Position numbers and translations under genes: made by a program | Assembly: GCA_001774685.1 (NCBI GenBank) | Contig: MFAS01000001.1 | Span: 415,557 to 479,556 of the forward strand | Length of the DNA stretch: 64,000 bases | Direction of reading: 5' to 3' | Origin: Candidatus Collierbacteria bacterium RIFOXYD2_FULL_45_13 | GTDB taxonomy: Bacteria; Patescibacteriota; Microgenomatia; UBA1400; MFAQ01 | Shown: piece by piece, positions 36,246 through 45,466 of the stretch | Layout: each line of letters begins with the position of its first letter | Numbering within the stretch: the first letter of the stretch is position 1 | The notes under the pieces: model-generated | The model's input: the letters and a program-made list of their open reading frames with translations, nothing else | What the model was told of the DNA's origin: nothing | Database searches by the model: none

Positions 36246-36749
36246 CTAATTTATTGCGCACGCCTCGAGTAGTTTTTCAGCAAAGTCCTTCCCGGCATTC
36301 AGATTTCCCAATTTAACGTAACCACCTTTCGCCTTTCCAATGAAGCCAAACGCCTGTCTTAAGTGATTTGGAGAAAAAGCAACAACTTTGTACGAATCAG
36401 TCTGACCAGTACATAGCTTCTTTATAGTATCCAAAATCACTCTGTTCTCGCTACTTGGAAACGGATCGCAGAATTCTGGAGCAATTACTATTGTCGCGTC
36501 GGCTTTATTGTAATCCTCAAGATAGGTAGATACAGATCCGCCTGGAATCGGTTTTTCTTGACTACGAAGCACAACCTTCGCCCCCAGATCGTTCACCTCC
36601 TTCTCAAGTCTGGCTCCAGCCCTCTCATCCATCTTGCGTGCAGCAAATATAACCACCCTCCTACCCTCCATTTGATTTCCGAGAGCTGTCTTGACTTCGT
36701 CCCAAAAGGCAGTTATTTCATGCTCATTGAATTTTTGGTCTTCACTCAT
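36246..36749 (-). CDS. TIR-like / DUF1863-like domain protein, hypothetical
   Basis: 'RVVIFAARKMDERAGARLEKEVNDLGAKVVL' and 'ADATIVIAPEF' follow the same pattern as the convergent neighbour. Confidence 0.35.
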   Translation of the reverse strand: MSEDQKFNEHEITAFWDEVKTALGNQMEGRRVVIFAARKMDERAGARLEKEVNDLGAKVVLRSQEKPIPGGSVSTYLEDYNKADATIVIAPEFCDPFPSSENRVILDTIKKLCTGQTDSYKVVAFSPNHLRQAFGFIGKAKGGYVKLGNLNAGKDFAEKLLEACAIN

Positions 36750-36834
36750 TCTATTATTTTATCACTCAATTTCCTATAACATAAGAGGAGCCGAAAATTT
36801 CGCTGATACTGATATCGCGTGATATAAATACTAT

Positions 36835-37245
36835 ATGGAGGAAATCAAAGAAAATATTTTTCAAGAGCTATGGCCTGGAGAAAAACTATTATCTACGGGG
36901 AACGAGTTGCCTGTACTGCCCCAGCGGCCGGATATGGTCACACTGACTCATGATCATTCCAGATCACTGGTAATCATGGATTCCCGGAGAAGAGTGCTGG
37001 CTTGGTATCCCGCCGGCCATATACTTGACGACCGAGAAACCGATTACGATACAGAAAAACTAGAAGCTGACATTATCAGTGAAATTGCCAGAAGGGATAT
37101 CCCTTTAGATTTCACTGTTCATGATTTGGAGTTATCCAAGGAAGAACAAGACTTGCTGAGTGGAGTCAAAGTTTTCGAGCTCGAATACTTAACAGGGGGA
37201 GTCAGGGTAAGTTTCAAAGACGATGACACCGAGGAGGATGGCTAA
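36835..37245 (+). CDS. Hypothetical acidic protein
   Basis: 136 aa. No motif. Confidence 0.4.
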   Translation: MEEIKENIFQELWPGEKLLSTGNELPVLPQRPDMVTLTHDHSRSLVIMDSRRRVLAWYPAGHILDDRETDYDTEKLEADIISEIARRDIPLDFTVHDLELSKEEQDLLSGVKVFELEYLTGGVRVSFKDDDTEEDG

Positions 37246-37269
37246 TCACTCTCACGGTATACTTTTTAT

Positions 37270-37515
37270 ATGAGAAAACTAATCTGGATTATTCTGATAC
37301 TTATTGCCTTTGTCTGGCTGGCGATTGCTTTTTTTTGGACCGGGGTAAATACAGAAAACAAATCCTATGATTTCCCGGAGGCTACCCCCACGGTCTCGGA
37401 AGAAGTACAGTCTCAGATCTCACCCGTTCCCCCAGCCACCTCTTCATCCGAAGCCACACCGTCCTCACCCGTGAAGCTCCTCTCACCCACTGTCAAAGTT
37501 AATCTCAACTACTAG
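37270..37515 (+). CDS. Small membrane protein
   Basis: 81 aa. One TM then a PT/S-rich tail. Confidence 0.4.
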   Translation: MRKLIWIILILIAFVWLAIAFFWTGVNTENKSYDFPEATPTVSEEVQSQISPVPPATSSSEATPSSPVKLLSPTVKVNLNY

Positions 37516-37548
37516 AGGTAAAGGTCGGGGACGAAGTATACTGAAAGT

Positions 37549-39444
37549 ATGAATCCCAAGAGAGGATTGATGGGTTTATTTATATTGCTGTTTTTTCTAT
37601 CATCTATTACTTTGGCTCTGCTAGTACTTGACGACCAAAAGGATATGTCCAGCCGTGCTTCAATTAGTTTGGTCGGTGGTCTTCAGCCTGCTCTACCCAC
37701 TGAAAAGTTAGTTCCCAATGAGTCAGTCTGGGACGGCCGGCTTCATGATCTTCCCGTCATCATTAGATACAACCCTGCTTTGTGGTTTCCACCGGACAAA
37801 GATGCCCCCGTTTTTTATCATCTTGGGCAATCCACCACGGCCAGAATCATCGTTGGCTCGGTTACACTAGGTGAACTCAGACAAATTCTCGGATCGGACT
37901 TCGTAGCACCACAGTTTCTTGGCACTCCCCGGACAAATCTCGAGAACTGGAATATCCAAAGTTATTCTTTCCATTTTCTTGGTGAAGAAAAAATTGTCGA
38001 CGTTTGGATCGGTTCTGGGGGGATAAGTTTGGTGGCCGTCATGTCGGATGACTCCACGCGCCGCGAAGTCGGTGACCTTGCCTCTCAAACCACTTATGTG
38101 GAAATCGGCAAGGTCCAAGGAGACTCCACCCCGGATGACTCCGCTCGGCTGGCTGCTCAAATGAGGCCATCGGTGGTAATGATTCTCAACAACTTCTGCG
38201 CCCAAGCAAATTTTTCCGGCAAGGCATACCCATTTTGCTTGGCTCAAGCCGGCAGCGGTTTCTTTGTCAATAAAGATGGCTACATTGCCACGAACGGACA
38301 TGTGGTTGGTAATCTTCCGGAAACTTCAATTTTTAACGCCGTCACCACCGGAGGGCTCGATGGGTTACTGGTCGATTCGCTTCAGGCTTATTACTCTGTC
38401 CAGATGGGTTCTTTGGTCGACAAAACCTTAGTCGAAACCAAAGTCAAGGAGGCCCATGCCAAAAAAGAAGCCATCTATCAAATTGCGGGTTTAATCGGAC
38501 AGATGTATAAGAAAAATTTGATCACTCTCGAGTCTGCCGAGAGTCATTATTTTATTCAGCTGGGGAACACTCCGATCCAGCTCTCCAAAACCGGAATAAA
38601 CTCAGGTTCCGGTATCGTGACCGCCACCCTGATCGCCTCAGACTACGCCGAGCCGGATTCGGTTCTCGGTTTTTCCACTTCGGATGTGGCTTTGTTAAAA
38701 ATAAACGGCACCAATTTTCCAGCCCTATCATTGGGAAATCTGACCGATGTTGGTGTCGGTTCAGGGTTGCTATTGGTCGGTTTCCCTGGCGTGGCAATGG
38801 GAAGCAATAGCCAGTTGTTGGATACTTCCGCCAATGCCGAACCAACCTTTACCAAAGGCGTAGTCAGTGCTTTTAAGCAGGCCAAGGGCAACAAGAAGAA
38901 TCTAATTCAAACCGATGCCTCAATTAATCATGGCAACAGTGGTGGCCCGGCGGTATCTACAGACGGCAAGGTCGTTGGGCTAGCAACTTACGGTCTCACA
39001 CCGGACGAAGGCGGGGGCAATTACAACTTTTTAAGAGACATTGGGGATCTCAAAGAGTTAATGGTCAAAAATAATGTAACAGCAGATATGGGGGAGACCT
39101 ATGCCATTTGGAAAAGCGGTCTGAACAATTATTGGATATCTTATTTTAAGTCCGCCAAAGCCGATTTCGAAAGAGTACTGTCTCTCTATCCAGACCATCC
39201 CACCGCCTCACGATATCTCAATGAGGCAACATCCAAAACCGGCAGTCTCGAAGACAAAACCCCCAGATTTACGAGAGCCCAGAGACAGTTATACATTGGT
39301 GCCTCTAGCGGTCTGATGATCTTTTCAGTTATGATAATTGTGGTACTCGGTGTTAGTAATTACATCGATTCCAAGAGAAGGCGGGCCCCTGTGATTCTCC
39401 CTCCGAGAGCACCCTTGCCTCCCAGACCAATTCAAACATTTTAA
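37549..39444 (+). CDS. Membrane-anchored trypsin-like serine protease (S1C/HtrA-like) with C-terminal TM and Pro-rich tail
   Basis: Catalytic triad contexts 'YIATNGHVV', 'DVALLKI' and 'GNSGGPAV'. Confidence 0.75.
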   Translation: MNPKRGLMGLFILLFFLSSITLALLVLDDQKDMSSRASISLVGGLQPALPTEKLVPNESVWDGRLHDLPVIIRYNPALWFPPDKDAPVFYHLGQSTTARIIVGSVTLGELRQILGSDFVAPQFLGTPRTNLENWNIQSYSFHFLGEEKIVDVWIGSGGISLVAVMSDDSTRREVGDLASQTTYVEIGKVQGDSTPDDSARLAAQMRPSVVMILNNFCAQANFSGKAYPFCLAQAGSGFFVNKDGYIATNGHVVGNLPETSIFNAVTTGGLDGLLVDSLQAYYSVQMGSLVDKTLVETKVKEAHAKKEAIYQIAGLIGQMYKKNLITLESAESHYFIQLGNTPIQLSKTGINSGSGIVTATLIASDYAEPDSVLGFSTSDVALLKINGTNFPALSLGNLTDVGVGSGLLLVGFPGVAMGSNSQLLDTSANAEPTFTKGVVSAFKQAKGNKKNLIQTDASINHGNSGGPAVSTDGKVVGLATYGLTPDEGGGNYNFLRDIGDLKELMVKNNVTADMGETYAIWKSGLNNYWISYFKSAKADFERVLSLYPDHPTASRYLNEATSKTGSLEDKTPRFTRAQRQLYIGASSGLMIFSVMIIVVLGVSNYIDSKRRRAPVILPPRAPLPPRPIQTF

Positions 39445-39445
39445 C

Positions 39446-40633
39446 ATGTCCAAAACAATTCTCATTTCAGGTGGCAGTGACGGACTGGGTAAGGCTATCG
39501 CCACCAAGCTGGCACCGGCTCACAAATTAATTATTCTTTCTCACAACTCCGAAAAATTAGCAATAGTCTCCAAAGAACTAGGTTGTGATTTTGCTGTCGC
39601 GGATGTTACCGATTACGCTTCTATCAGTTCCGCCATCGAGAAAGTCTTGGTTAAACACCAAAAGATCGACGTCTTGATAAACAACGCCGGTATCTGGATA
39701 CAAGGTAATCTGGAGGACAACGACGCAAAGCAGATCAAAGAAGTCCTTGAGGTGAACTCACTTGGGACAATGTTACTCACCAAAGCCGTTTTACCTTCGA
39801 TGAAAGCCAACAGGGGTGGTAGGATCATCAATATTATTTCTCAGGATGGGCTACACGCCAAAGAAAATAGGAGCATCTACACCGCCTCGAAGTGGTCCAT
39901 CACCGGCTTTACTAAATGTCTTCAGCTGGATCTATCGCCGTATCATATTGGTGTTACAGGAATATATCCCGGACTCATGAAGACGGGACTCTTCGAAAAA
40001 CAAGGAGCAGTAAGAGATCTCGGTCAAGCCCTAGACCCTCAAGAAGTCGCCTCGGTCGTGGAATATGTTATAAACTTATCAACAGATACTCTCATAGATG
40101 ATATCGGCATCAAAAATATTAATAATCCCAAAACGAATATGGACGATAGCGGCTCACCACAAATAGGACTCGATCTAAATCCTGACATGATCACTCCTCA
40201 GACCGGCATGCCTCAAACGGCACCGGCTCAATCAGTCACCCCCGACACTTTACCCGTTACTCCCGGTGTCATCGATATCACCCCTGGTGCGAGTACTTCC
40301 GAAGATCTTCATCCAGATAAGGTGGAAGATATTACACCGCTCGACACCACCCCCGTCTCGCCACCACTCCAGACAGTTCCAGGTGTCATCGATATCACTC
40401 CTGGCAAAACCGAGTCTCCGGATCCGGCTATTTCGGAAATCCCGATGACAGACACCGGAGTGCACTTAGCGGACGTTGTTCCGACAATCTTACCGGACAC
40501 TTCGCTTCCTGGCCCAATACCGGCGACACCTCCGACAGCCGATGAGACGGCATCTGTTTCGGTGGAATTGCCACCGACCTCTCCCGCCAACCCACTGCAA
40601 GAAGATCCGGATCTTGTCAAGCTCAATAAATAA
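39446..40633 (+). CDS. SDR-family oxidoreductase with ~170-aa Pro/Thr-rich C-terminal extension
   Basis: 'ISGGSDGLGKAIA' (TGxxxGxG) and 'YTASKWSITGF' (YxxxK). The tail contains the direct repeat TPGVIDITPG twice, with a near-identical 26-nt DNA repeat at about 40262 and 40379. Confidence 0.75.
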   Translation: MSKTILISGGSDGLGKAIATKLAPAHKLIILSHNSEKLAIVSKELGCDFAVADVTDYASISSAIEKVLVKHQKIDVLINNAGIWIQGNLEDNDAKQIKEVLEVNSLGTMLLTKAVLPSMKANRGGRIINIISQDGLHAKENRSIYTASKWSITGFTKCLQLDLSPYHIGVTGIYPGLMKTGLFEKQGAVRDLGQALDPQEVASVVEYVINLSTDTLIDDIGIKNINNPKTNMDDSGSPQIGLDLNPDMITPQTGMPQTAPAQSVTPDTLPVTPGVIDITPGASTSEDLHPDKVEDITPLDTTPVSPPLQTVPGVIDITPGKTESPDPAISEIPMTDTGVHLADVVPTILPDTSLPGPIPATPPTADETASVSVELPPTSPANPLQEDPDLVKLNK

Positions 40634-40956
40634 TGGCCAATGTTATCTGGACTACTCATTTGCGAGAGAGGATCAAACAGCGTGGTCTAAATCCGGACTG
40701 GGTAGACCGTGCCGTCAGATTTCCCGACGAAGTTCAAGCCAGCTCGACCACCAATTCCCAGAAGCATATCAAGATAATTCAGGGTTACAAAATTGTGGCC
40801 GCCGTCAAAAGACAAGGTGGTGATTGGATTATCACCTCCGCTTGGTGGAATCCTGTATATAGCCATCCTGCCCATCAAAAAAATAACCGGTTCTTTCTGG
40901 AAAAATGGGTCGACAATGCTCTCCGGTCTTTGGAAAAACTCTTCACCAAAAAATAA
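40633..40956 (+). CDS. DUF4258-like small protein
   Basis: 'VIWTTHLRERIKQRGLNPDWVDRAV' fits the DUF4258 N-terminal 'HA.eRm.eRgI' pattern. Start overlaps the SDR stop (TAATGG). Confidence 0.4.
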   Translation: MANVIWTTHLRERIKQRGLNPDWVDRAVRFPDEVQASSTTNSQKHIKIIQGYKIVAAVKRQGGDWIITSAWWNPVYSHPAHQKNNRFFLEKWVDNALRSLEKLFTKK

Positions 40957-40964
40957 TCCTCTCA

Positions 40965-40984
40965 TTTGAGTTTTTGATTTTTTG
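40965..40984. repeat. 20-nt U-rich motif TTTGAGTTTTTGATTTTTTG (copy 2)
   Basis: Exact match to 8091-8110. Sits between convergent gene ends. Confidence 0.6.
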
Positions 40985-40991
40985 AGTTTTT

Positions 40992-41318
40992 TTATATTTC
41001 TTGAGTTTCCGGCTCCTCAGTCTTCTGAGGAAATAACTTTTCAGTTCCGGCTTTAATTTTTAGATACTCTTCACAACGCAGTCGGGCGAAAACTCCTTCT
41101 CTCTGTTCATTGGGACACTCGGTAATGAGAGCCATTCCAAAAAAAGTCATGCTGATAATTATCATCGAAAAAATCGAAACTCCCACGATTCTAAATTTGT
41201 AATAGACATCATCCAGTACGATTTCTCCCCAGCCTTCTACCAAATGGTAAAACCATTCCGAAAAAGCCACCAAAAATATAATTGCAACTATGACCCCAAC
41301 CGCAATCGGCATCTGCAT
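40992..41318 (-). CDS. Small membrane protein
   Basis: 108 aa. Two TM helices. Confidence 0.45.
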   Translation of the reverse strand: MQMPIAVGVIVAIIFLVAFSEWFYHLVEGWGEIVLDDVYYKFRIVGVSIFSMIIISMTFFGMALITECPNEQREGVFARLRCEEYLKIKAGTEKLFPQKTEEPETQEI

Positions 41319-41347
41319 ACTAGACCCATGTTATCATAGACACATCC

Positions 41348-42046
41348 ATGAAAAAACTTCTTCCAATAGTATTCGCGCTTTTTTTAGCCGGTTGTCAGCT
41401 TTTTCCCGCCTCTCAGCCATCATCAATTAAGCTGACCGATCCAAAAATTACCATCATTACTCCGTCACCGACCATTATTAACACTCCCGAATTAACACCC
41501 ACAACTATGTCTACACCCTCAGCCATTATTACCGAGGCTACTGCCGTTATCAAAACTACCAAAGGTGACATCACCGTCGAACTTTTTCCCAAGTCTGCCC
41601 CCAAGACGGTTGCCAACTTCATCGGCTTGTCCAAAGGAACTATTGATTGGACCAATCCCAAGACCGGTGAAAAGGTCTCCGGAAAATCACTATATAACGG
41701 AACTATTTTCCACCGAGTCATCTCCGACTTCATGATTCAAGGAGGGGATCCTCTCGGTACCGGCACAGGAAGCCCCGGTTATCGATTCGAAGACGAGTTC
41801 GATTCCTCCTTAAATTTTAGTCAGCCCTATATGCTCGCTATGGCCAACTCTGGCCCAAACACCAACGGTTCCCAGTTCTTTATTACCGTTGTTCCCACCA
41901 CCTGGCTCAACAACAAACACACCATTTTTGGCAAAGTCACCAAGGGCGAAGAAGTGGTTGATGCTATTGTCAACGCTCCTACCTCGGCTGGCGACAAGCC
42001 TGTCACTGACATCTCCATCAAGGCTATCGACATCGTAGAGAAATAA
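41348..42046 (+). CDS. Cyclophilin-type peptidyl-prolyl cis-trans isomerase, lipoprotein
   Basis: Lipobox 'LFLAGC'. 'FHRVISDFMIQGGDP' and 'MANSGPNTNGSQFFIT' are cyclophilin signatures. Confidence 0.85.
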   Translation: MKKLLPIVFALFLAGCQLFPASQPSSIKLTDPKITIITPSPTIINTPELTPTTMSTPSAIITEATAVIKTTKGDITVELFPKSAPKTVANFIGLSKGTIDWTNPKTGEKVSGKSLYNGTIFHRVISDFMIQGGDPLGTGTGSPGYRFEDEFDSSLNFSQPYMLAMANSGPNTNGSQFFITVVPTTWLNNKHTIFGKVTKGEEVVDAIVNAPTSAGDKPVTDISIKAIDIVEK

Positions 42047-42882
42047 TGCGTTATATCGGCGGTCATGTTTCTATTTCAGGAGGCCTGCCTCACGCCATCG
42101 AAAATACCATTAAGATAGGAGGAAACTGTTTACAGATTTTTGCCGGTTCGCCTCGACTTTGGTTTCGCAAGCCCTTTCCGGACTCGGAAGTAAAAACATT
42201 ATTATCGGGAATGAAGCAAAACAATTTCGGACCGGTCTTTATTCATGCTTTATATCTTGTGAATCTTGCCTCCCAAAATATCGAGTTGCTTGAAAAATCA
42301 ATTGCCTCTTTGGTAATCGATATCGAAAATGGCGCCCGTATTTTTTCGGCTGGGGTCATCGTCCATATTGGTTCTCATATGGGAGCTGGCTTTGACTCGG
42401 TCAAGGATCAGCTGGTGGCGGTCATTCAGAGGATACTGGGGGAAACTCAAAATTGTGATCTAATTCTGGAAAACGCCGCCGGCCAAAACGGCAAAATAGG
42501 TTCTCTCTCCGAACTTGCATACTTGCTCAAAAAAGTAAACGATCCTCGGTTAAAAGTTTGTCTGGACACAGCTCACCTCTTCGCTGCCGGGGTTGATTTG
42601 AGAAGTCTCTCAGCCATCAAAGAGTTGACTCTGGAACTGAGAGATCTGAATCTCTTAGACAGACTGGTTTGTTTACATCTTAATGATTGCGCTTCTGACT
42701 TGGATTCCCACCGCGATCTCCATGCCAATATTGGAGAAGGAAAAATCGGTCTAGAGGGGCTAAGGTTATTCATCAATCAAAAAGAACTCCTTCATCTACC
42801 CCTCATCCTCGAAGTTCCGGGTGACAACAAACAAGGCCCAAACCTCAAAAATATTTCTCTGGTTAGGGGAACTACTTCTTAG
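42046..42882 (+). CDS. nfo: Endonuclease IV (AP endonuclease family 2)
   Basis: 'MRYIGGHVSISGG' N-terminus. TIM-barrel metal ligands '...IHALYLVNLAS', 'IVHIGSH' and 'VCLDTAHLFAAG'. Confidence 0.8.
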   Translation: MRYIGGHVSISGGLPHAIENTIKIGGNCLQIFAGSPRLWFRKPFPDSEVKTLLSGMKQNNFGPVFIHALYLVNLASQNIELLEKSIASLVIDIENGARIFSAGVIVHIGSHMGAGFDSVKDQLVAVIQRILGETQNCDLILENAAGQNGKIGSLSELAYLLKKVNDPRLKVCLDTAHLFAAGVDLRSLSAIKELTLELRDLNLLDRLVCLHLNDCASDLDSHRDLHANIGEGKIGLEGLRLFINQKELLHLPLILEVPGDNKQGPNLKNISLVRGTTS

Positions 42883-43552
42883 CTTCTTCCGGTAAGTCAT
42901 GGCGGATGTCAACTGCCGTTCCTGGGAAAAACGACATTGACGATCTGGAGGACCAATAATCTGCTTCCCTGACCGCCTCTTCAATTCTAGTTGGAAACAT
43001 CGCCCGTGACATTTCTTCTAGATTCTTATTCATTTCTTCTTTGGTATAAGGTCTGTCTTCAAAAGGGCTGACGGCATAGCACCACGGGGCCATATGATAG
43101 CGAACGGCATTCTGAATAGCCACTTTAGCGGTTGGTTCCAGATGAAACTTCTCCAGCCATTCGGACGCAATCAGGCCATGAGTGTAATCCGTTTTGGGTG
43201 TTGTCCACACTACTCCATTTTTACAGGTATCATGAAGTAAAAATGCACTGATGGCTTCGTCAAGTTCCCTCTGAGAAAATCTGGCTCTTCTGGCAAATTG
43301 CTCAATCACCGCCACACCTTTAATTACATGGCGCACTAAACCACCTTCGCCGTTATCTTCCGGCGGGTGAAATTTCCCCGAAGAACTGGCCGGGGCCGTC
43401 CAATAATTTTCATCCACTTCGGCAAGCGCTTGGTACGTAAACTCTTTAATATCTTCAGAGACAATCTTTTCGACTTCTTTTTGAACCAACCTCAAACCTT
43501 CAATGGCTATCTCAGACAACTCGGCACTTTTTGTTTTAAGCATTTCTGTCAT
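42872..43552 (-). CDS. HD-superfamily phosphohydrolase-like protein
   Basis: His in 'SGKFHPPED' and HD in 'AFLLHDTCK'. Confidence 0.45.
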   Translation of the reverse strand: MTEMLKTKSAELSEIAIEGLRLVQKEVEKIVSEDIKEFTYQALAEVDENYWTAPASSSGKFHPPEDNGEGGLVRHVIKGVAVIEQFARRARFSQRELDEAISAFLLHDTCKNGVVWTTPKTDYTHGLIASEWLEKFHLEPTAKVAIQNAVRYHMAPWCYAVSPFEDRPYTKEEMNKNLEEMSRAMFPTRIEEAVREADYWSSRSSMSFFPGTAVDIRHDLPEEAKK

Positions 43553-43571
43553 AGACAGAATATATCACAAA

Positions 43572-44771
43572 CTATTCATATCGGATCGCTTCCATAGGGG
43601 AGAGATCGGCGGCCTTTTTGGCCGGAAAAACGCCGAAGAAAATTCCTATGGCACTGGAGACACCAATAGCCAAAATTACCGCAAAAACATTTACCGCAAC
43701 AGGGAACCAGTTTCGAATAAACAACACAATTGCACTAGCCAGTACTAGTCCCACTATTCCTCCAAAAAGAGAGAGCATTGTAGACTCTGTCAGGAAATGA
43801 AGCAAGATATCTTTTCTTGTAGCCCCCAAGGCTCTCCGTATTCCGACTTCTCTGGTCCTCTCAGTCACGGTTGCATACATGATATTCATAATACCTACCC
43901 CGCCAACAATAAGGGAGATGGATCCAATAGCGATCAAAAACAAGTTCAATATAGCAAATATTTGATTGATTGAAGATAATATTTCCGACTGTTCAGTGAC
44001 TGAGAACTTATCTTTGTCATACCGTCTTAAAAGTGTTGTTTCAACGCTTTCCTTTACTTCCCCGACTAAGTCTTGGTTGGCAATCCCCAGATATATAGCA
44101 AAAAATGTTTTCTTGGTGTTTATGGAGCCAAAGGTGGTGGTGTAGGGAATAAAAGCCGCTTCATCGCGCTCTTGATTCCCAATTTTTTTGGACACTCCTA
44201 CTACCTTCAACCTCAGACCTTCAATGCGAATGGTCTTTCCTAGAGCTTCACTTGGGTTCTTATACAAGTTCTCAGCAATGGTATATCCTAAGACAGCAAC
44301 CTTTGCTTTTTTTTCCACGTCAGACTTAGTCCATAGTTCACCCGCATGAACTTTCAGATTCAGCAGAGAGAACATGTCCTCATTAGCTCCCATCACATTC
44401 ACTTTCTTTTCTTCATTTGCTGAACTGACAGTCGATGAGTGGATAAATACCGGAACAACGTATTTAATGTTCGGCAACTTGTTAATACTAGACACGTCTT
44501 TTTCGTCAAACTCGGCTCCTCCGGTTAAACTCGCGGGGTTACCTCCACCAGAGAATCCGGCACCGGGCAGAATCATTACCAGGTTTGCTCCAAGACTTTC
44601 AAACTGATCACGTATGTAGTTTTTTAGTCCGAGACCGAAAGCGATAAGAAGCACTACCGAAAGAACCCCAATCATGATCCCAAGAGAGGTGAGGCCGGTT
44701 CGGACCTTGTCTCGTTTAAAGTCTGCCCAAGCCGATTTAAGTAATAGATAAATTTCTATAGTGATCTTCAT
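43572..44771 (-). CDS. ABC transporter permease, FtsX/MacB-like
   Basis: N-terminal TM, large periplasmic domain, three C-terminal TMs. MacB/LolE family pattern. Confidence 0.85.
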   Translation of the reverse strand: MKITIEIYLLLKSAWADFKRDKVRTGLTSLGIMIGVLSVVLLIAFGLGLKNYIRDQFESLGANLVMILPGAGFSGGGNPASLTGGAEFDEKDVSSINKLPNIKYVVPVFIHSSTVSSANEEKKVNVMGANEDMFSLLNLKVHAGELWTKSDVEKKAKVAVLGYTIAENLYKNPSEALGKTIRIEGLRLKVVGVSKKIGNQERDEAAFIPYTTTFGSINTKKTFFAIYLGIANQDLVGEVKESVETTLLRRYDKDKFSVTEQSEILSSINQIFAILNLFLIAIGSISLIVGGVGIMNIMYATVTERTREVGIRRALGATRKDILLHFLTESTMLSLFGGIVGLVLASAIVLFIRNWFPVAVNVFAVILAIGVSSAIGIFFGVFPAKKAADLSPMEAIRYE

Positions 44772-45466
44772 TTTTTATCGCTAACAACTTGACCATCCAG
44801 GATCTTGATTTGTCTCCCGGTCCGTTCTGCAATTTCCATTTCGTGGGTGACCATAACCACAGTGATCCCTTCCGATTTATTAAGATCCTCAAAGAGATTA
44901 ATGATCTCAGTGCCTGTTTTACGATCCAAATTGCCGGTAGGTTCGTCAGCTAAAACCAGTTGAGGTTTCATGATCAGTGCCCTGGCAACCGCCACTCTTT
45001 GCTGTTGACCTCCTGATATTTTATTTGGGAAAGAGTCCTTTTTAGATAATATTCCAAACTTCTCCATCAGCATCTCTGCTCTTTCATCAGGATCAAAATC
45101 TAATTTTCTCCGACTATATGTAGCCGGTAAAAGAATATTTTCTTTGATTGTCAGTTTGTTTAATAAATTAAACTGCTGAAATACAAAACCGACATAAGAG
45201 TTGCGCAGAGTTGATGTCTGGTTGTCGTCTAACTTAGCCACATCGTTTCCGTTAACGATTATCTCTCCTCGAGTTGGTTTGTCCAGTAGGCCGATCATGT
45301 GCATCAGGGTAGATTTTCCCGATCCGGAGGGTCCGATTATGGCCGAAAACTCGCCTTCATGAATATCCAGATTTATGTCCCGAAGCGCCGTAAAGACGGT
45401 CTCATCTCCCAATACATATTCTTTCCATAGATTCTTAAGGCTGATTATAGATGACGTCGTTTTCAT
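44768..45466 (-). CDS. ABC transporter ATP-binding protein (MacB/LolD-like)
   Basis: 'GPSGSGKST', 'SGGQQQRVAVARAL' and 'VLADEPTGNLD'. Overlaps the permease by 4 nt. Confidence 0.9.
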   Translation of the reverse strand: MKTTSSIISLKNLWKEYVLGDETVFTALRDINLDIHEGEFSAIIGPSGSGKSTLMHMIGLLDKPTRGEIIVNGNDVAKLDDNQTSTLRNSYVGFVFQQFNLLNKLTIKENILLPATYSRRKLDFDPDERAEMLMEKFGILSKKDSFPNKISGGQQQRVAVARALIMKPQLVLADEPTGNLDRKTGTEIINLFEDLNKSEGITVVMVTHEMEIAERTGRQIKILDGQVVSDKK

